Below, in pieces: positions 10,790 to 24,710 of a DNA stretch of 64,000 nt. Numbering within the stretch: the first letter of the stretch is position 1; every line of letters begins with the position of its first letter. The translations under genes were made by a program, and so were the position numbers. Source of the stretch: Thermodesulfovibrionales bacterium (GTDB lineage Bacteria > Nitrospirota > Thermodesulfovibrionia > Thermodesulfovibrionales > SM23-35). The DNA lies in contig CAVQRT010000002.1 of assembly GCA_963715195.1 (NCBI GenBank), positions 303,290 through 367,289 of the forward strand, in the 5' to 3' direction. A model generated the notes under the pieces. That model saw only the letters and a list, made by a program, of their open reading frames with translations, ran no database searches and had not been told where the DNA came from.

Positions 10790-12052
10790 ATGATCAGGCA
10801 CATACCGTACATTATACACATACTCATACTCGTCTCTTCCTTCCCTCTTTATGCATCTGAAGTCATTCCCAAAGCACAAATCTCTCAGCCTGCAGTTTCC
10901 GATTTTACCCAAGATGAAATCAGGAGTAGTCCGGAAATTGTCGAAGAATATCTTGGCAATCAACTCGCTGCCGCTGCTGTCAGCAAGCAGATAACCCTTT
11001 ATACAGTAAAAATCCGCGAGAAATTCTCTCTGTGGCTCAGCAGGTCGGGTAAATATCTTGAACTGATGAAAGGGATATTGAAAGAAAGGGATATCCCGGA
11101 AGATATGGTCTTCCTGCCTCTGATCGAGAGCGGATTCAATCCGAATGCATACTCGCCTGCAAAGGCAGCGGGATACTGGCAGTTTATCGCGTCGACGGCA
11201 AAGCGGTACGGACTTCAAATCAACTGGTGGCGCGATGAACGGAGAGACCCGGTTAAATCTACAGTGGCTGCAGCAAACTATCTCAAAGACCTCTACGAAA
11301 TCTTCGGATCGTGGAATCTGGCCATGGCTGCGTATAACGCGGGGGAAGGCAAGATAATAAGGGCTCTGAAAAGGACAAAGGCTGATGATTACTGGTCATT
11401 GTTGCCGACCAACCAGATCAAAAGAGAAACAAAGGACTATGTTCCGAAGTTTATAGCTGCGAGTCTGATCGCGTACAGTCCGGAAGATTATGGGTTTGAT
11501 AATCTTGAATTCCATCCGCCGCTTAGTTATGAGACTGCGACCTTGAATTTCCCTGTCGATCTTGACGTTGCCGCAGACTGTGCGGAAACATCCCTTGATA
11601 TAATCAGGGGATTGAATCCGGAACTGAAGAGATGGTGTACACCTCCCGACCTTAGGGAATATCCCCTCAGGATCCCGGAAGGGAAAAAGGAAATCTTTTT
11701 CGAAAACCTCTCCCGGGTTCCCGAAAATGAGCGTTTTACCGTTGATGTATATACTGCGAAGAAAAGGGATACCTTTAAAAGCATTTCGAAGAAGACCGGC
11801 GTTCCTGTGGCAGTTATTCTTGATTTGAATGACATGGAGAAGATCATGCCCCTTTCGGCCGGAACGAAAATCTATCTCCCGCCAAAGGGAAAATTTGTTC
11901 AGGACAGGCAGGAACGTGCAATCGTCAAAAAAGTATCTCTGAAAAAGAAGAAATCTGGCGTGAGGGGCAAACGCGCCAAATCGAAGAAGCCCGTTGCGAA
12001 GACATCATATAAGCAGAAACGGGCACCGAAGACCAGCCTGAAAAAGATTTAG
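10790..12052 (+). CDS. Lytic murein transglycosylase (MltD-like, SLT + LysM)
   Basis: LIESGFNP, AAGYWQFI, DERRDPVKST, AAYNAGEG, ETKDYVPK, LysM-like DTFKSISKKTGV. Confidence 0.9.
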   Translation: MIRHIPYIIHILILVSSFPLYASEVIPKAQISQPAVSDFTQDEIRSSPEIVEEYLGNQLAAAAVSKQITLYTVKIREKFSLWLSRSGKYLELMKGILKERDIPEDMVFLPLIESGFNPNAYSPAKAAGYWQFIASTAKRYGLQINWWRDERRDPVKSTVAAANYLKDLYEIFGSWNLAMAAYNAGEGKIIRALKRTKADDYWSLLPTNQIKRETKDYVPKFIAASLIAYSPEDYGFDNLEFHPPLSYETATLNFPVDLDVAADCAETSLDIIRGLNPELKRWCTPPDLREYPLRIPEGKKEIFFENLSRVPENERFTVDVYTAKKRDTFKSISKKTGVPVAVILDLNDMEKIMPLSAGTKIYLPPKGKFVQDRQERAIVKKVSLKKKKSGVRGKRAKSKKPVAKTSYKQKRAPKTSLKKI

Positions 12053-12750
12053 CCTTCTTTTTTCTCTGACACTTTCAACTGCGCCTCATCTTTGAAAGGA
12101 GAGGTGGGAAATCTTGTGATCAGTTCCTCATATTTTTTTCTGGCTTCATCAGACTTTCCTTCCTCTTCCAGAAGTTTGCCATATTCCATGAGAGCAAAAT
12201 CTTTGTAAATATCACCTTTCAAATTGTAGAGGGCATCGAGCGTCTTTTTTGCCTCGCCCGTATCGCCTTTCCGCATGTAAATCGTCGCCATTTTCCGGTA
12301 AGCGAGCGGCAGGAATTGTTCTTCGCCTGAATACTTCCGGGAAAAATCTTTCAGGGTTTTCAGTGCCTCGTCATATTTGCCGAGTTCATAGGAGCAGGCA
12401 GCAATATAATAGAGCGAAATGGGTGATTTTTTCGTTTCATACGCTTTCTTGAATACATCCAGGGCTTTTCTGTATTGATCTTCCCTGGTATCCGTCTGTT
12501 GAGAGCCTCTGCTGTAGTAAATCCTGTAGGCTTCGTACTCGAGCTTCTTTGCCCTGGACTCAGCAGTATACGAATAAACCAGCAAACTTATGACAACCGC
12601 AATGAGAACCACGATACCAATACCGATTTTCAGAGCAAGACCCTGCCGCTGCTGAAAGGCGTCCTTCAGGGTCGAAAGTTTTTCCTGTACTTCTTCCTCA
12701 GGTGTATCACTTTTTTTCGGTATTCTTTTTTTGATTGCCTTGGGCATCAA
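12049..12750 (-). CDS. Single-TM tetratricopeptide repeat protein (YfgM-like)
   Basis: N-terminal TM helix followed by TPR-like helices. Confidence 0.75.
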   Translation of the reverse strand: MMPKAIKKRIPKKSDTPEEEVQEKLSTLKDAFQQRQGLALKIGIGIVVLIAVVISLLVYSYTAESRAKKLEYEAYRIYYSRGSQQTDTREDQYRKALDVFKKAYETKKSPISLYYIAACSYELGKYDEALKTLKDFSRKYSGEEQFLPLAYRKMATIYMRKGDTGEAKKTLDALYNLKGDIYKDFALMEYGKLLEEEGKSDEARKKYEELITRFPTSPFKDEAQLKVSEKKEG

Positions 12751-13403
12751 TTCCTCCCGTGAATTTTTTCTGTGAGCGCCTGTGCATGATTAAATATGGT
12801 TTCGATGCGGTTCGGTTCTATTCCTGCAGCAAGGAGTATTTTTCTTGCCAGGTCCCGCGTGATCAAATCTGACGGGCTGTGTGCATCAGTATTTATGCAG
12901 AGCGGAACACCAAATCGTATTGCTTCTTTTGCCACATAGCCGTTCGATAATGAATGCCCCTTGCGGGCTGTTATCTCGAGCGTCACTCCTTTCTCCTTTG
13001 CAAAGAGAAGATCATGCTCTGAGATCAGGCCCGGATGTGCAAGGATATCGGCCTCCGCTTCAATAGCTGCCCTGTTCGTTCCGGGTGCAACCGGCTCGAC
13101 GATCGTCTCCCCGTGCACGATAACAATTTTAGCGCCTAAGTACCGTGCCTCTTTCACGATGTCGGGGATCATCTGCGGCGGGACGTGGGTTATCTCAGCG
13201 CCGGGGATAGCATCGATTGAAATATAGTTCTTCATTTTTTCGACCGCCTTGGCAACCCGCGGAACCACAAAATCAATATTCGACGAATCCACGTGGTCCG
13301 TAATCGCGATCGCCTTATAGCCGATTGCCATAGCCCGCCTGATTAGCTCCGAAGGCACAAGCTCACCGTCGCTGAAAAAGCTGTGTGTGTGAAGATCAAT
13401 CAT
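12747..13403 (-). CDS. PHP-domain protein (histidinol-phosphatase-like)
   Basis: DLHTHSFFSDG, AITDH, ILAHPG, NTDAH. Confidence 0.9.
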   Translation of the reverse strand: MIDLHTHSFFSDGELVPSELIRRAMAIGYKAIAITDHVDSSNIDFVVPRVAKAVEKMKNYISIDAIPGAEITHVPPQMIPDIVKEARYLGAKIVIVHGETIVEPVAPGTNRAAIEAEADILAHPGLISEHDLLFAKEKGVTLEITARKGHSLSNGYVAKEAIRFGVPLCINTDAHSPSDLITRDLARKILLAAGIEPNRIETIFNHAQALTEKIHGRN

Positions 13404-13461
13404 GGTTCTGAGTGGATTATTGTATCAGAATAATTATTCTTTTTGCACGACCACCGGCTCT

Positions 13462-14193
13462 TCACAGCAATGGTGCCCGGGCGAGGGCGAGCACGGCAAC
13501 GTCTTTTGCACCTGCCTTCATGAGCATTTTCGAACACTCTCGCACAGTTGCCCCGGTAGTAATTACATCATCAATGAGCAGGAAACTAAGCTTCCTGATA
13601 TCGCCGCGGACCTGGAATGCATTCCTGAGATTAACGAGGCGCTCCCTGGCAGATAGTCCTATCTGGGGAGGCGTGTCTTTTGTTTTGACGAGAGCATCAA
13701 GGGACAGGTGCATTCCTGTATGCTTTGCAATGACCTGTGCAATTAAGAGGGACTGATTGAACCCTCTCTTGATCAGGCCTTTCTTGCTCAACGGAACAGG
13801 AACAATCACCTCTGCACGGGGGATGTCAAGGCGGAGCAGCAAAGTAGCCAGCGGTTTGGAGAGTCGTCTCACTCCATGAAATTTGAACAGATGAATTGCC
13901 TCTGCGAGAACTCCTTCATACAAACCGTATGGGGTGATCCGAGAGAATGGGGGTGGTTTTTGCATGCATTGCCCGCATATCCTCGTGTACTCTGAAGAAA
14001 CCGGCAGCGCGCATGTTGCGCAGGACGGACCTGAGTACCTCTGGATATGGGACCAGCAGGCGCTGCATATCGGAGAATGAGCCCATTGATCAGATGGATC
14101 TGAACAAACAGGGCACCGCGAAGGATAGAGAATATTCAGCAGTCTGGAGATTAAGGCATGTCTGTGATAAGCAGTGTTCCGCATCTGCCGCAC
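13462..14193 (-). CDS. ComF family protein (double zinc ribbon + PRTase)
   Basis: CxxC pairs, RGFNQS, LIDDVITTGAT; true start may lie slightly downstream. Confidence 0.92.
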   Translation of the reverse strand: MRQMRNTAYHRHALISRLLNILYPSRCPVCSDPSDQWAHSPICSACWSHIQRYSGPSCATCALPVSSEYTRICGQCMQKPPPFSRITPYGLYEGVLAEAIHLFKFHGVRRLSKPLATLLLRLDIPRAEVIVPVPLSKKGLIKRGFNQSLLIAQVIAKHTGMHLSLDALVKTKDTPPQIGLSARERLVNLRNAFQVRGDIRKLSFLLIDDVITTGATVRECSKMLMKAGAKDVAVLALARAPLL

Positions 14194-14638
14194 TTGGGCT
14201 CCCGGGAGAGCTTTTCAGAAGATACTTTATTTTTTGTTCCGCACCCGGCGCAGGCGATAATCTGAAAATCTTGCATGGCCTCTGCGGCAGGCAGTTCTTT
14301 CGTGTCGATTCCCTGCTCATGGAGAACTGTCTTGACGAACTGTATATACGTCTCATCCCATTCAGTCAGCTCAATACCCATGCCGTTTTTCGCGGGCGTT
14401 ACCGGCGCCTTTACAGTTCTTCTCACAATCCCCCTGAGAGATGATATTTTATTCCCGGGCATCATAACTTGAACATTTACAGCGGTGCCTGGAGCGAACC
14501 CGCGATTTGTCCTGATAAACAAACCATTCGCTGACAGGTTGCTTAAAATACCCTTATAACTCAAACCTCCTGAACTGAACGTTATCTCAAGCCTCCTGGT
14601 GAATCTCGGATGCCTTTGATATCCTCTTGTGCGCGCCA

Positions 14639-14639
<1 letters not shown>
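14151..14639 (-). CDS. PilZ-domain protein with C-terminal zinc ribbon
   Basis: QRHPRF...NLSANGLFI...GMGIE, then CAGCGTKNKV...KCGRCG. Confidence 0.8.
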
Positions 14640-17516
<2,877 letters not shown>

Positions 17517-17525
17517 TGTGCCTCC

Positions 17526-18665
17526 CTAATCCATGAGCAGTTCCTGTGCAACAGCTACTCCTGTTCCGAGTTTCACTGGGTACCCCATCCCCTTGAGCAC
17601 CATCTCAATCCCTGCAATCGCCGTTATGACATCGAATCTGTCCGCATAGCCAAGATGTGCAATCCTGAAGATCTTGCCTCTTGCCCTGTCCTGTCCGCCG
17701 GCTGCGGTGATCCCGTACTTCTCCCGGAGGTTTTTATATACTGCCTGTCCGTCTATGCGGGCAGGTGCCATGATAGCCGTTACCGAATTGGAAGGAGACT
17801 CTTTCGGATAGAGATCCAATCCAAGGGCCTGCACGGCCATTCTCGTTGCATGGGCAAGCCGGCCATGTCGTTTGAAAACATTCTCTAGGCCTTCTGTCTG
17901 CAACATCTTCAAGCCTGTATTGAGTCCGATAATGAGGGTTACCGGGGACGTAAAATTCGTCTGGTTCTTCGCGAGATTTTCCCGTTCCTTCCTGAAGTTA
18001 AAGTAGAATTTCGGCATCTTTGAGGTTTCCGCTTTCTTCCACGCCTTCTCACTCACACTGACAAAAGCGATTCCCGGCGGAAGCATGACACCTTTCTGAG
18101 AGCCTCCCACCATGACGTCTATTCCCCATTCGTCGGTTCTGAGATCATGTGCAACAAGGGCACTGATGGCATCGACGATAAAGAGCACATCATGATATTT
18201 CCTGACAACCGAGGAAAGCGCTTGAATATCATGATAAACGCCTGTCGAGGTTTCAGATGCCTGGACAAAAACTCCCCTGATATTGGGGTTCTTATTGAGC
18301 CGTTCCTCTACCTCTTCAGGCTTGACCGCATACCCCCATTCAATGAGGATCTCATCAACCTTCAGCCCGTAAGCCTCACAAATCTGCGTCCATCGTTCCC
18401 CGAATTTACCGCCGTTTATAACGAGGACCTCATCTCCCTGATTGAAAAAGTTATTCACGGCACCTACCATGCCACCGGTACCCGTCGAGCTCAGAATAAG
18501 CACATCATTTTTTGTCTGGTAAAGCCACTGGAGACCTTTCTTTGCAGAGTCGAGCACGGGAAGAAAATCCGGGGAACGGTGATGGATGATCGGTGCAGCC
18601 ATCGACAGTAATATTTCCGCCGGCACCGGCGTCGGACCAGGTGCCAGGAGATAGCGTTTCAGCAT
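17526..18665 (-). CDS. Class V PLP aminotransferase (alanine-glyoxylate/serine-pyruvate family, probable phosphoserine aminotransferase role)
   Basis: LLAPGPTP, SETSTGV, VDAIS, GSQKG; directly upstream of serA. Confidence 0.88.
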   Translation of the reverse strand: MLKRYLLAPGPTPVPAEILLSMAAPIIHHRSPDFLPVLDSAKKGLQWLYQTKNDVLILSSTGTGGMVGAVNNFFNQGDEVLVINGGKFGERWTQICEAYGLKVDEILIEWGYAVKPEEVEERLNKNPNIRGVFVQASETSTGVYHDIQALSSVVRKYHDVLFIVDAISALVAHDLRTDEWGIDVMVGGSQKGVMLPPGIAFVSVSEKAWKKAETSKMPKFYFNFRKERENLAKNQTNFTSPVTLIIGLNTGLKMLQTEGLENVFKRHGRLAHATRMAVQALGLDLYPKESPSNSVTAIMAPARIDGQAVYKNLREKYGITAAGGQDRARGKIFRIAHLGYADRFDVITAIAGIEMVLKGMGYPVKLGTGVAVAQELLMD

Positions 18666-18802
18666 GGAATATCCTCCCTGAAGAGTATTTGTTTTTTACA
18701 TTATAAAGATAAGCCGGACTTTGGAAATTAGCACAATGCAGGGTATTTGGTCAAGGCCGGCCACTTTACAAGTCATTAATATCGTTATTATAATGAGTTA
18801 TT

Positions 18803-20269
18803 ATGAAACGAAAAATTGCTATTGGGTCAGTGATCCTCATCCTGGTATTTCTCCTCGGGGGACTGACGTTCTTTACCCTTGGCAAAATTACCGGGCAGGG
18901 CAGATATATGTCATCTCATGTCACTCCTAATGTGCCCCGCCAGATTATGGAGACCGGAAGGGCATTCTCAGATATTGTCAATACGGTTTCACCGTCTATC
19001 GTAAACATTTCAACCACAAAGCTTGTCCGAAAAGACACCGGACCGTTTTTCAATGATCCGTTTTTTGACTTCTTCAGTCCATTTCACGATTTCGGGGCGC
19101 CAAAAAAATGGAAGGAGCGGAGTCTCGGCTCCGGTGTCATTGTGTCACCCGACGGATATATCGTCACAAACAATCATGTTGTCGAAAAGTCCGATGAAAT
19201 AAAGGTGACGCTTTTTGACAGAAGGGTATTGAAGGGGCGCATCGTGGGTGCAGATCCGAAAACAGATATCGCCATTATCCGTATTGATGCAGGCAATCTG
19301 CCGGTCCTCGCCTGGGGCGATTCCGACAAGCTGCAAGTTGGTGAATTTGTACTCGCGATAGGCAGTCCCTATGGCTTGAGCAATACGGTCACGATGGGCA
19401 TCATCAGTGCCGTTGGAAGGGCAAATGTCGGCATTGCTGATTATGAAGACTTTATTCAGACCGATGCAGCGATCAATCCCGGTAATTCCGGTGGGCCGCT
19501 CGTTAATATTACCGGCGAGCTAATCGGGATCAATACCGCAATATTCTCCAGGACAGGTGGATATCAGGGAATCGGGTTTGCGGTGCCGAGCAATATGGTT
19601 CGTCTGGTCATGGACCAGCTCATCCAGGAGGGAAAGGTTACGAGGGGGTGGATTGGTGTGACCATACAGGAACTGACACCGGAACTGGCTCAGCAGTTTG
19701 GACTGAAACAATCAAAAGGGGCCCTTGTCAGTGATATCGTAAAGGGCAGTCCAGCGGCAAAGGCTGGTATTGCGCGCGGTGATATCATCGTTGGATTCAA
19801 CGGTAAGGAGGTAAAAGATGTAAGCAGCCTGCGGAACCTCGTTTCCCAGAGCAAAGCCGGCAGTAGTATTACCCTGAAGATACTCCGCGCCGGTAAAGAA
19901 CTCACGGCAGAGGTCAACATCGTAGAGTTGCCGAGAGAGGTCGCTGAGGTCGTTCCCGAGCCCGTTCCGGAGGAAGTAGAAACGAAAGTACTGACAGGTC
20001 TTGCGGTCATGGATCTTTCCAAAGAGATCATAAGACAGCTCGGGTTCAACAGGGAAGAGAAAGGCGTCGTGGTGGTGAGGGTAGAGCCGGGAAGTGCGGC
20101 GGACGATGCTGAAATAAAAAAAGGGGATATCATTAAAGAGATCAATAGAAGGGAGATAGATAATCTCTCTACCTACAACAGGGTTCTCACAAGTCTGAAG
20201 AGGAATGAATCCCTGCTTCTCTTTATTAACAGAGGCGGGAAACGGTTTTATGTCATCCTCAAGACATAG
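18803..20269 (+). CDS. DegQ/HtrA serine endoprotease with two PDZ domains
   Basis: GSGVIVS, TNNHV, IQTDAAINPGNSGGPL. Confidence 0.96.
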   Translation: MKRKIAIGSVILILVFLLGGLTFFTLGKITGQGRYMSSHVTPNVPRQIMETGRAFSDIVNTVSPSIVNISTTKLVRKDTGPFFNDPFFDFFSPFHDFGAPKKWKERSLGSGVIVSPDGYIVTNNHVVEKSDEIKVTLFDRRVLKGRIVGADPKTDIAIIRIDAGNLPVLAWGDSDKLQVGEFVLAIGSPYGLSNTVTMGIISAVGRANVGIADYEDFIQTDAAINPGNSGGPLVNITGELIGINTAIFSRTGGYQGIGFAVPSNMVRLVMDQLIQEGKVTRGWIGVTIQELTPELAQQFGLKQSKGALVSDIVKGSPAAKAGIARGDIIVGFNGKEVKDVSSLRNLVSQSKAGSSITLKILRAGKELTAEVNIVELPREVAEVVPEPVPEEVETKVLTGLAVMDLSKEIIRQLGFNREEKGVVVVRVEPGSAADDAEIKKGDIIKEINRREIDNLSTYNRVLTSLKRNESLLLFINRGGKRFYVILKT

Positions 20270-20277
20270 GGAAGGAG

Positions 20278-21294
20278 GTGAAACCAGTGTTTCTTATTTC
20301 ACGCATTATAATTTTTTTACTGTTTGTTTTTTCAGGATATATCATTGGTCTTAAATATCATTTTGAATTGTATGGTATTTTGGCAGGGCTTTTTCTGGGA
20401 CTCCTTGCAATTACGGCCGAGATAAAATTCAAGAAAATCGAACTCGGCTCCATTATTGCAGGGTTATTTGGTATTTCGTGCGGACTCCTCTTTGCTTACC
20501 TCGTTATGCTTCCCCTCCAACTATTCCTCGGAGACGAGATAAAGACTATTTCTGTTGGATTAATGGTCGTATTCGGATACGGAGGTCTGCTGATCGGATT
20601 GAGCAGGGGAAAGACACTCTCTCTATCAAGCATTTTCAGGCTCTTCCGGGGGCAGGGACTCGAAGAGAACCTCAAAATCCTGGACACAAGTGTCATAATC
20701 GACGGACGTATTGCAGATATCTGCGAAACAGGCTTCCTTGAAGGGAGTTTCATCGTTCCTCAATTTATTCTGCAGGAATTACAGCATATTGCCGATTCGG
20801 CCGACTCCATGAAGCGGGCTCGGGGACGGCGGGGGCTCGACATACTCCACAGAATTCAGCAGCTCTCCCGAATAACCGTAAAGATCGTCGAAGAAGATTT
20901 CCCCAAAATCAAAGAGGTTGACGCAAAACTCGTTGCATTGGCAAAGGTGTTGAATGCAAAAGTCATTACCAACGATTTCAACCTCAATAAAGTTGCAGAG
21001 CTGCAGGGGGTATCAGTCCTGAACATTAACGAACTGGCCAATTCATTGAAACCGGTTGTGCTCCCCGGTGAGGCAATGAAGGTATTCATTCTTAAGGAAG
21101 GCAAGGAATACAACCAGGGAGTTGCTTATCTTGACGACGGGACCATGGTCGTTGTGGAGAACGCACGGAGACTGATCGGGAAAAATACAGAGGTTACGGT
21201 AACCAGTGTGCTTCAGACAACAGCCGGAAGGATGATATTCTCCAAGCTCAAGGAAGATTATGAACGGGAGGAACTGAAAGTTATGACACGGTAG
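20278..21294 (+). CDS. PIN/TRAM domain membrane protein (YacL-like)
   Basis: LDTSVIIDGRI, RGRRGLDIL, TNDFNLNKV, YLDDGTMVVVE. Confidence 0.93.
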   Translation: MKPVFLISRIIIFLLFVFSGYIIGLKYHFELYGILAGLFLGLLAITAEIKFKKIELGSIIAGLFGISCGLLFAYLVMLPLQLFLGDEIKTISVGLMVVFGYGGLLIGLSRGKTLSLSSIFRLFRGQGLEENLKILDTSVIIDGRIADICETGFLEGSFIVPQFILQELQHIADSADSMKRARGRRGLDILHRIQQLSRITVKIVEEDFPKIKEVDAKLVALAKVLNAKVITNDFNLNKVAELQGVSVLNINELANSLKPVVLPGEAMKVFILKEGKEYNQGVAYLDDGTMVVVENARRLIGKNTEVTVTSVLQTTAGRMIFSKLKEDYEREELKVMTR

Positions 21295-21374
21295 TACATT
21301 GATATAGGCATGATATGGCATTGAAAAACAACAATGCCATATCATGCCTGCTCCTCTCATATAAAACCCCTTCA

Positions 21375-22094
21375 ATGAAAACAATTCAGCAGTGTAAGGT
21401 CTCTGCAATTATACCGGCTGCCGGACTGGGCAAGCGGTTTGGCCCCGGAAAAGATAAACCGTTCCGGACACTTGGCGGTAAACCACTCATTCTCTGGCCC
21501 CTCGAAGCCTTACAGTCTATTCCGGGGATTTCAGAGATCATCCCTGTTCTCAGGTTAGAGGACACGGAGAGCGGGCGGGAACTCTTTGAACGATATGGCA
21601 TCACAAAAATAAAGCGGATAGCACCGGGAGGAAAAGAACGTCAGCATTCTGTATATAATGGTCTCAAACTCATTGACGATAAATATGGAATTGTTGTTAT
21701 TCACGACGGAGCCAGACCCCTTGTAAAGAAAGAGTTTATTGAAGAAATGTTAACTGAGATGGTGGGAAGCAAAGATGCCTTTGACGGAATTATTCCGGGA
21801 GTTCCGGTAAAAGACACCATAAAAGAAGCGGAAAATGGCATGGTAAGAACAACTCTGAAGCGGGATAATCTCTGGGCTGTCCAGACGCCGCAGATTTTCC
21901 GGCACGAAAAAATCCTTCAGGCATATGAACAGGCGATGAAAAAGCGTTATTACGCAACTGATGACGCTGCGCTTGTGGAGAAATACGGCGGGAAAATAAG
22001 AATTATTATGGGGTCATACCGGAATATCAAAATTACGACCCAGGAGGATCTCATCATCGCAGAAGCGCTGCTGAGAGAAAATTGGAAATCCTAA
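21375..22094 (+). CDS. ispD: 2-C-methyl-D-erythritol 4-phosphate cytidylyltransferase
   Basis: PAAGLGKRF, HDGARP, VQTPQ, TDDA, NIKITT; exact start uncertain. Confidence 0.95.
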   Translation: MKTIQQCKVSAIIPAAGLGKRFGPGKDKPFRTLGGKPLILWPLEALQSIPGISEIIPVLRLEDTESGRELFERYGITKIKRIAPGGKERQHSVYNGLKLIDDKYGIVVIHDGARPLVKKEFIEEMLTEMVGSKDAFDGIIPGVPVKDTIKEAENGMVRTTLKRDNLWAVQTPQIFRHEKILQAYEQAMKKRYYATDDAALVEKYGGKIRIIMGSYRNIKITTQEDLIIAEALLRENWKS

Positions 22095-22345
22095 ACTCTG
22101 AATTCCAAACAAAGACAAATATTCAAAATCCGAGATTCAAAAGATTTTGCTTCACTCGTATAAATTTTGAAAATACTAAAAAACAACAGATATACTGTCA
22201 TTCCGGCCTGGGCGGAATCTTTCCTCGTATCTTGGCTGCATTCACCTGCAATTGGAAGGACTCCCGACAAGCAGGAATTACAAACAGATTGAAATTTCTT
22301 ACGCATTTAGAATTTGGATATTTGAATTTGGGATTTGGATTTTTA
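22087..22345. repeat. Composite inverted-repeat element between ispD and ispF
   Basis: AAATYY-type array on the left, complementary TTTG(G/A)AT array on the right, nested 24-bp inverted arms at 22196-22219 and 22259-22282. Confidence 0.7.
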
Positions 22346-22347
22346 AT

Positions 22348-22821
22348 ATGCGTATCGGCATAGGATACGACTCTCACAGACTTGTTGAGGGGAGAAAATT
22401 GATTCTTGGCGGAGTCGAGATCCCCTTTGAGAAGGGTCTTCTCGGCCATTCTGATGCCGATGTACTCTGCCATGCCATCATGGATTCACTGATCGGAGCA
22501 CTCGGCCTCGGTGACATCGGGAAACATTTCCCGGACGATGACCCGCAATGGAAAGGTGTATCAAGCACGCAGTTGCTCGGGCATGTTGCTGAACTAATGC
22601 GTTTCAACGGCTATGAAGTCTCGTGGGTAGACTCGGTAATCATTGCGGAAATACCCCGGTTGTCACCATATATAAACGATATGAAACAGGTACTCTCGGA
22701 ATCCGGCATTCCATCCGGGGCGATCAATATCAAGGCCAAGACCAACGAAGGTATGGGGTTCCTTGGAAGAGGCGAAGGTATAGCGGCGTATGCTATCTGC
22801 TTACTCAGGAGCATCGAATAA
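22348..22821 (+). CDS. ispF: 2-C-methyl-D-erythritol 2,4-cyclodiphosphate synthase
   Basis: MRIGIGYDSH, GHSDADV, GDIGKHFP, IKAKTNEGMG. Confidence 0.97.
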   Translation: MRIGIGYDSHRLVEGRKLILGGVEIPFEKGLLGHSDADVLCHAIMDSLIGALGLGDIGKHFPDDDPQWKGVSSTQLLGHVAELMRFNGYEVSWVDSVIIAEIPRLSPYINDMKQVLSESGIPSGAINIKAKTNEGMGFLGRGEGIAAYAICLLRSIE

Positions 22822-22832
22822 ATGGGTAAAAA

Positions 22833-24710
22833 TTATTTCAGCAGCAGTTTTCTGATATCGCCGACTCTGAGGGTGATCTTGTGCGAGTCGAGATATTCCA
22901 GGAGCGGAAGGGCATACTTCCGGGAGGTGTTGAGGATATCCCGGAATTCAGCAACAGTCATATCAGGTTTCTTTTTGAAAAAATTCTTTAGATTTGCGAT
23001 CATCTCCTGATGAACCGAAGAAGGCACATACATCGAATCGCTGATTCTCACCAGACTTCCGTCTTTCGCAAGAAGGTTCAGGATATCAGTGAGGCGTTTC
23101 ATATCGAGTTTAAAGGTCTGAGAAAGTTCTTCCTTTAGGGGCGGCTGGAAACCGCTTTTTTCGAGGAGTACCAAAATGCTTGTCTTTACAGACTCATCGA
23201 TCTGCGACAGGGAAGCTTTAAAAGTAGCAAGACGAACGAGTTCCTTGTCGATCACAATCTCTTTCACAGAATTCGCCAGATTACCGAAAAGCCGCGGTTC
23301 GATGGCAGTGCGGGCGCGGAGCTCCTCCTTGAGCATACCTGGCTTGAGCGGGTTTTTCCTGTGAAAATCTTCCATGATCTTGCGTATTGTCTCTCTGAAG
23401 GAATCGAGAGCATTCTTATGAATCAGGATATCTTCGAACTGCATCAGGATTCCTTTTTCCCGCAATTCTTTCATGGCGTCCCGGATCGACGGAATCTCTG
23501 CCTTGATCCAGCCTTCAATCAGGAAAGAGCTGATACCATAGATGCCAGACCGTTTCACCTTTATAGCAATTTTATCGGATAACGTGCCTGTTTCAAAAGT
23601 TTGCAGATCATCAAGACCCTCTTTATAACTCCTGCGGAACGAGAGCGGGTCCAGAACCTCACCGCCGCCAATCGTATCGACGGGAGAGAATCTCCTGATG
23701 ATATACCGGTCAGCTGACATGGCGATGACCGGATCGCGAAGCCTGAACTGGCAGTAACAGGATTCATTCGCCTTCAGCTCATTCTGCCCGAAGAGGATAA
23801 CCCGCGCAATAGTCTCTGATGTTCCCAGGTGAAAATGAACAAGGCTCTTGCTCTTCAGGACTGGAGCATCCATGAGCAGTTCCACCTTTGCATCGATCTT
23901 CCTTGTCGGAGTTAGACGCCCAGGTATCACAACCGTATCCCCCCTCTGGAGAGCTTCCTTGTCAACCCCCTGCAGATTGATCGCAACCCGCTGACCCGCA
24001 TATGCTGTCTGAATGGATTTTCCATGACTGTGGAGACCGCGCACCTTGCTGTGGATTGCGCTTGGCAGGATATCGACATCCTGATCGACCGAGATGCTCC
24101 CTGAAACAGCAGTTCCGGTAACCACTGTCCCGAATCCCTTCAGGGTAAAAACCCTGTCTATGGGGAGTCTGAAGAGCCCCCTCGTCGGTTTTGGTTCAAC
24201 CTGCAGGGCAATCTCCTGTATCTTTTCTTTCAGGGCATCGAGGTTTAACATGGTTTTTGATGAGACAGGCAATACGGGTGTTCCATCGAGAAATGTCCCT
24301 CTTATAAAGTCTCTCACTTCATCCTCAACCAGTTCCAACCAGTCTTTTTCAACAAGGTCCGCCTTCGTGACTGCGACTAGTCCGGACTTTATCTTCAGGA
24401 GGTTGCAGATATGGAGATGTTCCCGGCTCTGCGGCATGATCCCCTCGTCCGCAGCGATGACCAGAAGAACGAGGTCTATACCGCCTGCACCGGCAAGCAT
24501 ATTCTTTACGAGTCTTTCATGACCGGGGACATCGACAATCCCGACCGTCAGCCCGTCGGGATAGGAGAGGTCCGCAAATCCCAGGTCAATAGTAATTCCC
24601 CGTTCCTTCTCTTCTTTCAGCCTGTCCGGGTCGACGCCAGTCAAAGCCTTTACAAGAGAGCTCTTGCCGTGATCAATATGTCCGGCTGTGCCAAGAATTA
24701 CATATCGCAT
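22833..24710 (-). CDS. selB: Selenocysteine-specific translation elongation factor
   Basis: [29 protein letters not shown]-terminal winged helix [13 protein letters not shown]. Confidence 0.97.
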   Translation of the reverse strand: MRYVILGTAGHIDHGKSSLVKALTGVDPDRLKEEKERGITIDLGFADLSYPDGLTVGIVDVPGHERLVKNMLAGAGGIDLVLLVIAADEGIMPQSREHLHICNLLKIKSGLVAVTKADLVEKDWLELVEDEVRDFIRGTFLDGTPVLPVSSKTMLNLDALKEKIQEIALQVEPKPTRGLFRLPIDRVFTLKGFGTVVTGTAVSGSISVDQDVDILPSAIHSKVRGLHSHGKSIQTAYAGQRVAINLQGVDKEALQRGDTVVIPGRLTPTRKIDAKVELLMDAPVLKSKSLVHFHLGTSETIARVILFGQNELKANESCYCQFRLRDPVIAMSADRYIIRRFSPVDTIGGGEVLDPLSFRRSYKEGLDDLQTFETGTLSDKIAIKVKRSGIYGISSFLIEGWIKAEIPSIRDAMKELREKGILMQFEDILIHKNALDSFRETIRKIMEDFHRKNPLKPGMLKEELRARTAIEPRLFGNLANSVKEIVIDKELVRLATFKASLSQIDESVKTSILVLLEKSGFQPPLKEELSQTFKLDMKRLTDILNLLAKDGSLVRISDSMYVPSSVHQEMIANLKNFFKKKPDMTVAEFRDILNTSRKYALPLLEYLDSHKITLRVGDIRKLLLK

